Assembly: GCF_000143415.4 (NCBI RefSeq)
Contig: NW_003314395.1
Span: 1-64,000, forward strand
Direction: 5' to 3'
From: Selaginella moellendorffii
Taxonomy: Eukaryota; Plantae; Lycopodiophyta
Length of the DNA stretch: 64,000 nucleotides
In this document: positions 10,178 through 23,154 of the stretch, piece by piece
How positions within the stretch are numbered: the first letter of the stretch is position 1
How the letters are laid out: each line of letters begins with the position of its first letter
Notes under the pieces: generated by a model
What the model was told of the DNA's origin: nothing
Database searches by the model: none
What the model saw: only the letters and a program-made list of their open reading frames with translations
Program-made: the position numbers and the translations under genes

Positions 10178-13100
10178 GTCTTGCCTAGGTACTTCTTTGA
10201 GTATAATATAGAGATCAACTTTTGAAATTGGTTGAATTTAAAAGAAGGCTTTTAAAATTTATTATTCTTAGAAATCATTTAAGCCTTCCTCCTAATCATA
10301 ATATTGAGTTTTGAAGGGTTGATCTTTTTTTTCTAATTGTAAAGTGAAGTAATATGCATAGATATTTTTTGATTGCCCTACTTTATATGCACAAAATCAT
10401 TTTGCCAAATAAGTTCTAGCCAAGATTTGCCTAGTAAAGTTTCGTAAGCAAAATTTTGTTCTATCATTTTAAGCACAACATAATTAAATTTGTACTTTAG
10501 GCCAGCCATATTGGTTAAAATATTTCTAATAATTCCAATGAGCCTGACACTTCAGTTATTTGCTATTCGTATATTAAATGGGGCTGGTTGAATTGGGCCT
10601 AAATTTAATTTTTTGCAAATACTCTCTTTTAGAATATTTACACTTGAGCCACCATCCATAAGTATTCTAAATAATAGATTTTTGCCAATTTTTATATCAA
10701 TTGTAGGAACTTCATTATCACAATCTTTTGGCTCAATTACAATGGCCATAAATGGGATTAAAATTTCATCCTTCTTAGACGAAAACTTTATGAGCAATGT
10801 AACTCTAACATAAAGTGTTATAGTTAGAAGTTGGCCTAGAGTGACTATAATTCTAACACTAAAATGCCTTTCACTACCTTCTTCTCATCCTTATTATATA
10901 ACTTTAGTATAAGATTTTCCTTTTGCACTAATGGTAAATTTATGTTATCTTATAAAAGCATAAAGACGGCTTTTAAAATTTATTGATCTTGGAAATTGTT
11001 TAAGCCTTTCTCCCAATCATAAGATTGAGTTTTGAAGGGTTGATTTTTCTTTTTTAATTGTATAGTGGAAATAATAGGCATAGACCTTTTCTGTTCCTTT
11101 ATTCTATATGCATGAAACCATTTTTCCAAGCAATTTTTAGCTAAAGTTTGCCTAGTAGAGTTTTATAAGCAAAATTTTATCATGTCATTTTAAGCATAAC
11201 ATAATTAAATTTGTACTTTATGCCAACCATATTGGTTAAGACATTTATAATAATTCCAATAGGCTTAATGCTTCAGTCATTTGTTATTTATACATTAAAT
11301 AAGGTTGGTTGAATTGGGCTTAGGCATAATTTTTTGCAAATACTCTCTTCTAGAATATTTATGTTTGAGCCACCATCGATAAAATTTTCAAATAATAGAT
11401 TCTTGTTAATTTTTATATCAATTATAGAAACTTCATCACTATAGTCCTTTGGCTCAATTACAATAGCTATAAATGGGATTAAAATTTCTTCCTTCTTAGG
11501 CAAAAACTTTATGAGCAATGCAACTCTAAGATGTTATAATTAAAAGTTAGTCTAGAGGGAGTGTAATTTCAACATTAAAATGCCTTTTATTGCTTTTTTC
11601 TCATCTTTGCCATCTAACTTTAGTATAAAATTTTTCTTTTGCGATAATGGTAAATTTGTATTAGTTTGTAAAGGCATGAGACTCTTTGTATTAGATTCAC
11701 TATTCTCTAAATCGACTTGTAGTTGCAAGTTTTGAAGTTGTTGAGTGATTTCTACACTAGATTTTTTTTTTTTTGTGCCATTGAGAATTAGGGATGATTT
11801 CTACTTCATCATCACTCACTTTATTTTAACTTTTAAATTCAATTCTTCTTCATTGGGCTTTGGTCATAACACAGATGCTAAGTAACTCTTTTGCATCTAA
11901 CTATTCTACCTCCATTTGTTTAGTTGTAGATTGCATATCTTTAGGAGGGCTATCATTCTTGTTTGATTGTATTCTCTAAGATAATGAGTAGGAGTTTTAG
12001 CTTGATTATACTCCTTTGGCCTTTCATAATCTCTAGGCCTATTATAATCTCTAGGCTGATAAGTTTTTAGGCCAATTATAGTCTCTAAGCCTATTTTTCT
12101 CATAGCTAGGTGGATAATCTAAAAAAATTCTTCTATATGGATAATTTTGATGGTTATCCTGCCTTTCAGTGTGTGGGTATTCATGTTTGGTGCTTCAATT
12201 ATCATTGTAATTATTCCTCTTGCAATAACTTCTATCGCTAAGTGGATAGCTTTACATATATATTGTTTTATCATCTCAAATTGCCTATTAGCTTCTTGGT
12301 TGTTTAAACAAAGTTTTACATTCCTTAGCTGAATGCCTTTATCTTTTACAAATTTAGCACTTGATTAGCTAAAGTTTGTATTCTTCCTTGTTATGGCTTT
12401 CATTTTTGCATTTGGTGCACCAAATCTTTTATTTGAAATTGGTTTGCAATTTGAAACTTCTTAACTGATTAATTTCCTTATCTATAAAAGTCATCTTTTC
12501 ATTTAACTTTACCATATTTAGTATGTCATATTGTTTTATGAGATCTTGGTAGGCAATCATGGCTTTTTTTTAAATTATCAAAATCTACATGAGCTCTTTT
12601 TATTATAATGTTCACGATAAATTTTTTTAAGGCTCTGTATGTATAGATGTGTATAAATGTAGATGCATTTTGTTTGACGATAAGTCTTTACAATAGTTAT
12701 AACGTTTGTTGAATCAAGTCGATTGTCTTAAACTTTCCTTGATGAAACTTTTGCAACTCACAATGGTTTTCTCTTGAGTTAGTTTCCATGGAAAAAGATT
12801 TGAGGAAAAATTTTGTTTGCTCATCAAATGTGCCAAACTTTTGGACTTTATTGTAATAGTACCAGTTTTTAGCTTTGCTTTTGAGCGTATAGAGGAAAAA
12901 CTTTTTTTTCTACCTATCTACTTAATTGAGTTTAATTGCTTCTGTGTATTGCTCAATACGCAATTGTGGGTCCTCTCCTTTAATTCTAGAAAAGGATGGA
13001 TATATGATGATAGTGCCTATTGTTCTTGCAATTGTCATCATGTTCATTATCATTTGACAGAAAATACTTTATTTTGCAACTAGTATAGGCAACACAAGTG

Positions 13101-13300
13101 TTTAGTTCATCTAGATCACCGTTAAAAGGTAAAGGTTATAAATTTAACTCTTGTTTCTCTTTTAGGGAATTACTCTAGTTGTTTTATATTCCACTACTCT
13201 CAACTGAAGTAAAGGCGTTTTCTATATATCAATACTACCAAAAAAAAGTAGCATATGGATTCATGTATTCTAATTATCCATTAAAGTTGTATTGGGATTT
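10178..13300 (-). mobile_element. old, AT-rich Ty3/gypsy remnant (gag-like region and aspartic protease)
   Basis: Protease motifs LMDGGSSVNIL and FIDGGSNINIL followed by ICKKL.L.PIQPAPF; gag-like short repeats at 11906-12103; many stops; boundaries approximate, may continue in 19209-20600. Confidence 0.75.
10245..11685. repeat. ~720-bp tandem duplication of the gypsy protease region
   Basis: 10245-10965 and 10966-11685 align throughout, each with a DGGS protease ORF. Confidence 0.85.
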
Positions 13301-13343
13301 TTAATCTCTTCTACTTAGTTGAGGTGTACTCAAAAACTTCAGG

Positions 13344-13528
13344 AACACAACAAATATATAAATGAATAAATGTGAAAATTTGCATTTTAGACCAATTGAG
13401 TGACGCTCAATTGCTAGAGGGGAAATAATCGCCTAAAGTGGTGATTATTTCCCCTAGCAATTGAGCGTCGCTCAATTTGTCTAAAAAGCAAATTTTCATA
13501 TTTATTCATTTGTATATTTGTTTTTTGT
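13344..13528. repeat. ~185-bp foldback hairpin (arms ~90 bp, 6-nt loop)
   Basis: caaatatataaatgaataaatgtgaaaatttgc...aataatcgcc pairs with ggtgattatt...gcaaattttcatatttattcatttgtatatttg. Confidence 0.9.
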
Positions 13529-13685
13529 TTATGCCTTACTTTAGAAGATATAAGGCATATTTCACATAATTGCCCTTGATTCCTCCCTATGGGGCTAGAT
13601 ATAATGTGAGTGCTCTCAAAATCTATAAAAGAGTGGCATCTTTCACACTAAGCAGTGTTTGTCAGGAATCCCCCAATTCTTGCCA

Positions 13686-13805
13686 CATTCCTGACTCTCG
13701 CCAGATTCCTGACCTACAGACCACATTCCTGACTCTCGAGACACTTCCCTATTCCTGACTCTCAAGACACTTCCCAATTCCTGAGTCTCGAGCCACATTT
13801 CTGAT
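13686..13805. repeat. short degenerate tandem repeats (attcctgactctcga core) in LTR U3
   Basis: About six attcctga-based units in each LTR. Confidence 0.8.
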
Positions 13806-14118
13806 AATGATGTGGCGCCTCCTCGACCTCAGCTGTATTTAGGCCGTCCTCGATCCAAGAATGGTGGAGCTTCATCAACCTATAGTATCTATAGGTTAGC
13901 CTTGTTCCATTTCTCCACAATCTGAATCAACACCAGTCTAAGGCTTCTTCTTTGTTTTCACTAGCTTTTTCTCTTTGTCTTTAGCATTTTCCAGTCTTGA
14001 TCTTGTTGGGGGTCTTGACAGTTTGATTCAGATTGTGTTTTTTACTTTTCTTTTAGCTCGTTTTGATTATTTGATTGCCTTTGTCTTTTTCCCCTTTTTC
14101 TTTTCTTTCTTCTTGCCA

Positions 14119-15090
14119 ATGGAGTCTCCAAGCCATCCTGATTTCTTTGCCGAAGTCCTTGCAAAAATCCAGTCTGAGAATACCGAGCTGAAGGCGACCC
14201 TTCTTCGCATGCAGCAGGAGCTTGCTTCACTTTCGGCTCAAGGATCCAGCAAAGTTCCTGAACCGAAGGTGAGTTTCCCGGCGAAATTTTCAGGCAAGCG
14301 TTCGGAGCTTCGTGGATTTTTGAACCAAATGGAGCTGATCTTTGCACTTCAACATCGGCGGTACCCCACTCCCGAGTCTCAAATCGGCGCGATTGGGAAG
14401 TTGCTCGAGGGTGCAGCTTTGTCATGGTTTTCTCCTCTTCTGGAGAAGAGCATGAAAGGGGTCGTGGTTCCGGAGCTGATGGATCTTCAATTGTTCAAAG
14501 AGAAGCTCGAAGCATGTTTTGGCGAGACGGATCGGGTTCGGGCTGCTACCACAAAGATGAGACGTCTCTCTCAGGGGTCTCGTTCTGCCTCGATCTACGC
14601 TGCAGAGTTCCAACTCCTTGCCTTGGACACTCAGTGGGAGGAGCGGGCCCTGATTGACCAATTTCGTTTCGGCCTCAACAACGGTGTCAAGGATTTGTTG
14701 CTCACCATGGAGGATCCCAAGGACCTGTCGGACGCCATCAACAAAGCTGTTCGATGTGACAATCGTCTCTTTGAACGTCGTCAGGAAAGTCGCCGCGCCG
14801 CTGTTTTTCCGTCCCAGACTCAGGAATCCCAGCTTGAGTCTTTGGGGCATAGTCCTGAACCTACTGCTCCGGTCCCGATGGATATTTCTGGTACTCCCCG
14901 ACTCATTAGAGGGAAGTTGAGTCCTGCTGAGAGGCAATGTCGAATATCTCATAATCTTTGCCTCTACTATGCTGATCCTAATCACAAAGCAGCTATGTGT
15001 CCCAGGAAGCCTCCCCGATTGCTCGAGTTCACTCTGCCTCAAAGTCCACTTCTGTTGCAGTCGGGAAACGACCCTGTCCAAACAGAGTAG
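14119..15090 (+). CDS. gag: retrotransposon Gag (PEG10-like capsid, degenerate zinc knuckle)
   Basis: PAKFSGKRSELRGFLNQ, LSQGSRSASIYAAEF, PVPMDI, CLYYADPNHKAAMCP; first ATG (MESPS) at 14119. Confidence 0.9.
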   Translation: MESPSHPDFFAEVLAKIQSENTELKATLLRMQQELASLSAQGSSKVPEPKVSFPAKFSGKRSELRGFLNQMELIFALQHRRYPTPESQIGAIGKLLEGAALSWFSPLLEKSMKGVVVPELMDLQLFKEKLEACFGETDRVRAATTKMRRLSQGSRSASIYAAEFQLLALDTQWEERALIDQFRFGLNNGVKDLLLTMEDPKDLSDAINKAVRCDNRLFERRQESRRAAVFPSQTQESQLESLGHSPEPTAPVPMDISGTPRLIRGKLSPAERQCRISHNLCLYYADPNHKAAMCPRKPPRLLEFTLPQSPLLLQSGNDPVQTE

Positions 15091-18000
15091 GAGCTGTCTG
15101 TTTGGACTCCCCAAATAAAAATCACTTTTCTTCCTTATCAAACTCCTCACCACCTTTCATCAAAGCCACCACCAATTCCCGCAACTTCCGCGTCCCATGT
15201 CTCCTTTCTTTCACCGGACAATCAGGACTCAAGGCTTTGGCGCTACTGGACTCGGGTGCAACTTCCTGCTTCATGGACACGGACTTTGTTGCCCGATATC
15301 ACGTTCCTCTTTCTCCTACCATACGGGATCTAAGGGTTGAAGGCATCAGCGGGCATTTTGTGTCTCCATCTTCTGGACTTAGGGAAACGTTGCCCGTTCG
15401 AGTACACATCGGGTCCACCGTCACCGATATCGCCTTCAACATCATCAACAGCAAGTCTTCCTCTGTGGTGCTCAGTCTTCCTTGGTTCCAACTACATCAG
15501 CCTTAGATTTGTTGGAAGGACTTACAGCTCATCTCTCCCACATCACCATCTCCCACGGTTTCCCCTGGTGTTCATCGAGTCGGAATCAAGAAAAGTTCCC
15601 TAAACTCAAGTCGGGGTTTTGTTCCTGACTCTACGAAGTTTTTATCCTCTTCTTTTTCCTCTCTTCCATCTTACACTGGACAGTATCCTCGTCTCATCAT
15701 TCCATTTAGTCGTACCCCTTCTCCTATCTCCACAATCACTATGAAAGAACTCCTTCATGAAGAACCTCTTTTTCTTTTTGCTTTGCATGTTTCTCCTGTC
15801 AGTCTTCCTGAGAAGTATCATGATTTTGGGGATGTGTTTGACAAGAAAAAAGCTAGTGTACTGCCTGTTCATCGGCCTTATGATTGTCCCATTGATTTAT
15901 AGGAAGGAGCGTCACCTCCGTGGGGGCTTATCTACGGGTTATCCCCGTCCGAGCTTAAGGCCCTCAAAGAGTACGTGGATGAGAACCTTGCCTCGGGCTA
16001 CATTCAGCATTCGCAGTCCCCGGCTGGAGCGCCTGTCTTCTTTGTCAAGAAGAAGGATGGGAGCTTGCGGCTAGTCATCGACTACCGAGGTTTGAACAAG
16101 GTGACTGTTTGGAACCGTTATCCGCTGCCCCTGATCTCGGACTTGTTGGAACGCCTCGGCGGTGCCCGCTTCTTCACCAAGATCGACCTCCGTGGAGCAT
16201 ACAACCTGATCTGGATCCGGCCTGGTGATGAATGGAAGACTGCGTTCCGAACCTGCTATGGCCACTTCGAGTACACTGTCATGCCATTTGGCTTGACAAA
16301 TGCTCCAGCGGTTTTCCAACACATGGCGAACGACGTTTTTCGGGAGTTTCTTGATCAGATGGTGATCGTCTACCTCGATGACATCCTCATCTACTCAAAA
16401 ACTCAGGAGGAGCATGACGAACATGTTCGCAAGGTGCTAGCAAAGCTGCGAGAACACGGCCTATACGCGAAGCTTGAGAAATGTTCCTTTGATCAGCAGT
16501 CTATGGAGTTCCTTGGGTACATTGTCACTCCTGAGGGTATCACGATGGATCCTGCTAAAGTCAAGACTATTCTCGAATGGGAGCCTCCACAATCAATGTC
16601 AGAAATTCAGGTTTTCCTTGGCTTCGCCAACTTCTACCACAAATTCATTGATCACTACTCTGACATTGTCCTTCCTCTCACACATCTCACTCGCAAGGAT
16701 GTTCCCTTCTCTTGGTCTGCTGCTGCCCAGCAGGCCTTCGATACACTCAAGGCGGCCTTCAGTTCTGCTCCTGTCTTGATCCATGCTGATTCCTCACAAC
16801 CTTTCTTCATCGAGGCTGACGCCTCCGACTTTGCCATTGGTGCTGTGCTGTCTCAACTCGGAGCGGATCACGAACTTCATCCGGTCGCTTTCCATTCTTG
16901 GAAATTCCAGCCTGCGGAGATCAATTACGAAATCCACGACAAGGAGCTCCTTGCCATTGTGGATTCCTTTGGAGAGTGGCGCCGTTTCTTGGAGGGGGCG
17001 AGCCATCAAACAACAGTCTGGACGGATCACAAAAATCTCGAGTACTTTGCCACTTCCCGAGTTTTAAGCCGTCGTCAAGCAAGGTGGGCACAATTCCTGA
17101 GTCGGTTTGACTTTGTTATCAAGTACAGACCTGGAAAGTTTCAAGGCCTTCCTGATGCTCTTTCAAGGCGCTCCTATCTCAGTCTCAAGCCTGGTAATCC
17201 TGCCTTCGATCAACAGGATCAAGTTATCCTCGGTCCTGATCGGCTTCAAGTTATGGCAATTTCCCTGGCCCCTCAGGACTCCTCCTTGATGGATGCAATC
17301 AGAAACGATCTTCAATCTGATGATCTCGCTAACGACATTTTCCCCCATCTTCAGGCTGGACACCCAGTGACTCCCGACTGCCGGCGATTTGACGAGTTCG
17401 AGTTCTTAGATGGCTTATTGTACCGTGGGGAGCAGCTTTACGTTCCTGAAGGTGATGCTCGAAGGTTGGTCCTGATGGCGTGCCACGATAGCCCGACTGC
17501 TGGTCACTTCGGCATTGCGAAAACCTATGAGCTAGTTGCACGGGACTTTTGGTGGCCTCACATGGACGACTACATCAAAGCTTTTGTTACCTCCTGTGAC
17601 ACTTGTGCCTGGAATAAAGTACCTCGCCACCTTCCTTCAGGTTTGCTTCGTTCCCTTCCGGTCCCTTCAGGTCCTTGGGAATCCATCTCCATGGATTTTT
17701 TGAGTGATCTTCCGAGTTCTGGAGGCTTCAACAGCATTTTAGTCGTGGTGGATCGCTTCACAAAGATGGCGCACTTCTTGCCATGTACCAAGGAGTTTTC
17801 GGGCGAGGACATGGCAAAACTGGTATTCAGGGAAATTTTCCGACTTCATGGGATTCCTACAGATGTGGTTTTGGATCGGGGGCCTCAGTTCATCTCTCAT
17901 TTCTGGCAACGGTTTTTGCAGCTGCTTGGAGTGAAGGCCAACCTCTCTTCGGCATATCATCCTCAAACTGATGGGCAGTCCGAGCGAACGATTCAGACGT

Positions 18001-18836
18001 AGGAACAATTCTTGAGGTGCTTCATCAACTATCATCAGGATAACTGGTTTGATATCCTTCCCCTTGCTGAGTTTTCCTATAACAACTCTGTTCACTCCTC
18101 TCTTCGAGTTTCCCCCTTCTTTGCGAACTCTGGCCGAAATCCCCGATTCAATCTCTCACTTCCTTCTCCATCTGAATCCTCTCGTTCAAATCCCCGCTCT
18201 GAGGCATTTATCTCCAACCTCCAGGAAATCCACAACTCCATCTCCTTCCACCTCCATCGTGCTCAGGAATCTCATAAAACATTTGCCAATGTCCATCGTC
18301 AGGATTGTCCCCCTTACAATATCGGGGATAAAGTCTGGCTCCTCAGGCGAAATATCTCCACCACCAGGCCCTGTCCAAAACTCGATTTCAAACGCCTTGG
18401 TCCTTTCCCTATCACTGCCATCATTAATCCTGTCACTTATCGCCTTGCACTTCCCTCCTCATATCAAATTCACCCCGTTTTTCACTCCTCTCTCCTTGAG
18501 CCTTATATTCCCAGTCCTATTCCAAATCGGGTCATTCCTCCGCCTCCACCAGTGCAGCTCGAGGATGGGTCTGAGTACGAGGTTCAGGACATCCTTGATT
18601 CCAAGATTTCACGGTCTAAACTCTACTATCTGGTGGACTGGAAGGGTTACGGACCTGAGGAACGCACTTGGGAACCTGTGGACAACCTAATTTATTCTCC
18701 TGACCTTGTTCAGGACTTCCACCACCGCTATCCTTCTCGTCCCAGTCCTCATTTTTTTTCTCCCTCTCCCATCCCTCGCCGCTCATCTCATCCTCCTCTT
18801 CGTTCTCGTTCACATCCTCGTTCCACTCGTTCTTGA
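15063..18836 (+). pseudogene. pol: pol (protease, RT, RNase H, integrase, chromodomain) with three in-frame TAG stops
   Basis: ALLDSGAT, YLDDILI, ADASDFAIG, integrase zinc finger and core, GPF motif, YEVQDILDS..YLVDWKGY..TWEP; single frame with TAG at 15504, 15900 and 18000. Confidence 0.93.
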
Positions 18837-21443
18837 GGAGGGGGTGCTGTCAGGAATCCCCCAATTCTTGCCACATTCCTGACTCTCGCCGGATTCCTGA
18901 CCTGCAGACCACATTCCTGACTCTCGAGACACTTCCCTATTCTTGACTCTCGAGACACTTCCCGATTCCTGAGTCTCGAGCCACATTCCTGATGATGATG
19001 TGGCACCTCCTCGACCTCAGCTGTATTTAGGCCGTCCTCGATCCAAGAGTGGTGGAGCTTCATTAACCTATAGTATATATAGGTTAGCCTTGTTCCATTT
19101 CTCCACAATCTGAATCAACACCAGTCTAAGGCTTCTTCTTTGTTTTCACTAGCTTTTTCTCTTTGTCTTTAGCATTTTCCAGTCTTGATCTTGTTGGGGG
19201 TCTTGACAGTGTTTATAATTTGGGTAATCTTTTTATATATAAGAGATGAGCCTTGATTGATTTTCCTAAGTGTACTAAGTGTGCAATAATTCGAACAGTT
19301 AAAATGGTTCATGATAACAACTTTTGAATTTTTAATTCGTGAGTCTTGTTTAAGTTTTATAGGTATGTGTAGCAAAATTAAACTCAAAACAAGTGTACTC
19401 TCAAACTATATCTAATTAGTTGTCCATACTAAAGAACTTTAGAATAAAGTTTTGAGACAGCACAATGTTTTAATTGTGATTCTGCCTCTATCAAAGCCTC
19501 ATAAGATTTGCCTGAATAATTCCTCAATTTGTTCTTCACTAAGGCTAACTTTAGCTTTTCTTAAGCTAGAATTGAAGATAAGAGTTACAGGTGTTTAATT
19601 TTCTTATTTGTCTATGCCTAGAAAAATTGTGACACACTGTTGAAAAAATATCTTCTAAAATCTCAAGTGAGAATTTACTCAGAAAAAAAGAATTCTATAG
19701 TAGTTAATTATGTTTTCCACATTAAATAAATTCCATTTCTTCTTCTTTTAGATTTTTCTCAAAAAATTACTGTTTAAACAATTTGAATTTGAGCTTCTTA
19801 GCAATATATACTAAACTAAACAACTTAGGTAACTTTTCAAAAGAAAATAAAGTTTAGTACAATAGTGTTGACTCAAATTATGTTTTTCCAAGCTTCAATT
19901 TGTGCCAATTTCCAATTCGTCCTATACTCTATGGCTTGTGCTATTTGAACACTAAGCCATTACAATCGCAAAAAGAGCTCTTTTATTCATTATTGTTTGG
20001 GCTTAAGGCTTTTGCAATCACTAAAAAGATCTACTTGTGATTTTTAGTGCTAAACACATTTGGAATTCATAAAAAAATTTCTCCCGATTGTTTTTTAAGC
20101 CAAAGAGTGACAATTTATCCCACTGTGATCACCAAAAGTAATAAAGCTGTTTTTTTCCTATACTTGTGTTCTTGCCCTTGCCTGCAAAAATAGTGGCAAA
20201 CAAGCAAAGACAAAAATGTAGAAAAAAAAAAGAATGAGAAGAGAATAGAAAAGAATTTAATTTTGAACCTTAAAAGCGTGAATAAAGATAAGCATATATC
20301 ACTCTCTCAACTCTACTTTATATAAACAGTTATAGGCGGGAGAAAAAACAATCAATTCAATGCAAATGCATATAATAAATGAGTGGGGCTAATTTTCCAA
20401 CATGTTTAAGTATTATTTATATACTATATGATTTTATAACCATTCCTAATTGTTTCATGCTTATCTATAAAGAGTGTTGCCTAAGTTAGGTCTTTTTTCT
20501 TTGGATGCATAAAATTAAGCATAACTTCATTTTACTTAAGATTCCTTCTTTTGCTCTACCTAGGAAAATACATAAGATGAAACATTTACCTCTTCATTAG
20601 TGAAACTTAACCAAGAGAAGATACCCAATTTGAAGCAATTAGTAGTATTTAAACTCAAAAAGGCTTAGCACTAAATATCCTAAGATCCTAAATCTCTTTA
20701 TATTTAAACCTTAATGAATCATTTCTCAAACTATTCTCTTTAATTACTTACAACTAACTTTTTTATCCTTTATATATAAATTAAAAAAATGAGATAACAT
20801 TTCAATAGACTTTATCACTAATTTGCACAAAATATTTTAAGGAAATAATGTTATCTAGATTGTTATAGATTAGTTAACAAGGAGCTTCTCAATGAAGATG
20901 ACAATTTAAACTTTTAAACTGATTATGGTGACACTGGGAGTGATTGGGATCTGCAAATAGAAAGTTCACTGTAAACCTATTCCACAAAGACCTTGGCAAA
21001 TATATAACATTATGATTTTCTTAGGGCTTGCAGCGAATGCATTATACAACATGCTTGGCAGCAGTCATGCCATTCCCATCACAATCTCTTTCAGCCCTGA
21101 ATTTGAACATTCCATGCTTGATCTGGGAGAGGGACATATGTGATATTTTGGGATGAAATCATTGCAATGATCTGATATTCTCTCACAGTAGAATTAGTGC
21201 TCAATATGGATAATCACCCACCATAACTGGCAACATTTTCCAAAGAACATGAGAAAAGTTTAGAAATTGAAAGCTTCTTCATATATAGCATACCTTTTCG
21301 ATGGATCTTAGTTGTTCTTATCCATTGTTCATGAATGGTCCTAGTACCCCTTGCTTGATAACTCTTTGTAGCTTGCGAATGGCATGAACACACAGTTCAA
21401 TTATGATTCAAGGGTCTTCTAACCATCTCAGGCTAAACGACGC

Positions 21444-22850
21444 TTGAGGGTTTTAGAGCACGATAGCTCGACCTGGATCATCCGAGCGCTGCTGCTCGCC
21501 TCGCTTCCTAATGACGCTTCAGGTCGGTTTGTTCGTGAGTTTAACGCTCTTGCTCAAAACTTTTGTTCTGGGTTTTCTGTCAAGACCTTGTTTGATCTCG
21601 GCAAGCACTCGGTAAATGCCTTTGGCTTGTTTCCAGACCCGCAGAACAAGTTTGTGTTGGCGCTCGATTCTAGTGGCAATCGTATATGGAAGCTGAGACT
21701 GCCACTCTCGCAGAGTAAGCACTAGAGGCTTTCTTATGCTTCGTTTTGTGGTGCCAAAGCTTAAGTATTTTTTTCCTCTAGATAGCAGCTTGGAAGCTTT
21801 TGCCGGTTCACACGTGGGGGAGTCCGGCTATGTCGACGGCCCCGCGGCAAAGTCACGTTTTAATCGCCCACAAAGCCTTGCTATTTGCGACAATGGCGCG
21901 GTCTTTGTGGATACGACGAACTTGGCTATACGCAAAATCAGCAAGAATGGCGAAGGTAGTTTCGTTTTCTCTTTTAAAAATCTCTAGAACATTTTTTCTG
22001 TTTCCAACAGTGACCACCATTGCCGGAGGTAGCTCTCGAAGGCCAGGCATTGCCGACAGCCCGGAGACACAGCTCGTTTCTCAAGTGACTTTAGCATGGC
22101 GTGTTCTTGTGGCTCCTTACTCATAGCCGATCACGGAACCGGCTGATTCGCAAGATACAAATCGATGATCCAAAGTCGTGTGATTCAAGTGATTCAGCCG
22201 TTTCAGGTGCCTTCTCATCCTTTACCTGAATTTTTTTTCTTTCGATTGGATTTAAAACTCCTGCTTTTTGTTGATTTCATGATCAGGATCACAAAAATGG
22301 GCTTTAATTCCCGTAGTGCTGCTTGGCGTCTGTCTGGGGATGCCTCTGGGAGCTTTTATAATTTGGAAGATACTTGATCAGCAACTCCGGCAAGTAAGTT
22401 TCACGAGCAAAGCTGGTGACTCTTATGAAAATATTTCTAGGGAGGCGATCAGCTGGGGAACACTGAAAGATTGCTGGCAGACGTTCCGGAGGACGATGAT
22501 CTGCAAGTTCGGCAGCAGAAGCGAACTTGCTAGTGCCGTCTTTAGTCTTTTCCTGCTTGTATGTCATCAGGCAAAGCTCCTCGCGTCTGTCTTCTTTGGT
22601 GTTGCACACGAAGTAAAAACGAAGCCAACTGCGCCTGTCAAACAAGATCAAGACCTCCACTCTCTCCTTGGAAACACGAAAGATGAGCCTCCAGACCTCA
22701 TTGATTTCATGGAACTCTCCGAACTTGGAATCTTCTGTTGCTCCTTCTCGCCCTTCTTCCTTTTCCGGATTCGAGGAATGAGCTCGAGTGTTTGGAGAAG
22801 TTCCAGCAGGAATTCAAGGACAAGCTCAAGCACAGCTAAGAATGTGCTCA
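21444..22850 (+). pseudogene. NHL-repeat domain protein gene (copy 2), frameshifted
   Basis: Full exon set with short introns; 1-bp deletions near 22060 and 22135 relative to copy 3. Confidence 0.8.
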
Positions 22851-22903
22851 CACAAACTTTGTTTTTCCACTCTTCTTGAATAGTCCATTGTTTTACAAAT
22901 AAG

Positions 22904-23055
22904 TTGACGCTCATGTTCCGGCCGGCCGAGGAGATGGACGTGCTCGAGTTCTCTGAGGCGGAGAGCAATCTCAACGATCTGGTGACCGAGTACCAGCAGT
23001 ACCGGGACGCTTCCATGACGACGATGACTTTGGGGAGGATCCAAATCCACAGCGT
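22904..23055 (+). pseudogene. beta-tubulin C-terminal fragment (copy 2)
   Basis: [24 protein letters not shown]. Confidence 0.85.
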
Positions 23056-23154
23056 AAAAAACCATTCTCTTTTTTCACAAAGGCAAAAGTATTACTATTT
23101 TTTTCCAAGTCAAGGGTTAGGTTATATTTTCTCACTTGGATTTTTCTATTCGAG

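Larger units (their letters stand above)
13660..19208 (+). mobile_element. full-length Ty3/gypsy chromovirus LTR retrotransposon (Tcn1/Tf1-sushi-like), inactivated
   Basis: 361-bp TG..CA LTRs at 13660-14020 and 18848-19208; 5-bp TSD GTGTT; PPT 18835-18847; gag-PR-RT-RH-IN-chromodomain order. Confidence 0.97.

Noticed and set aside
13686-13805. CRISPR-like spaced repeats
   Set aside because: Degenerate tandem repeats inside both LTRs of a eukaryotic retrotransposon; no unique spacers or cas genes.
14422-15153. 243-aa antisense ORF over gag, and many antisense ORFs over PPR genes
   Set aside because: Opposite-strand shadows of well-supported coding regions, with no motifs.
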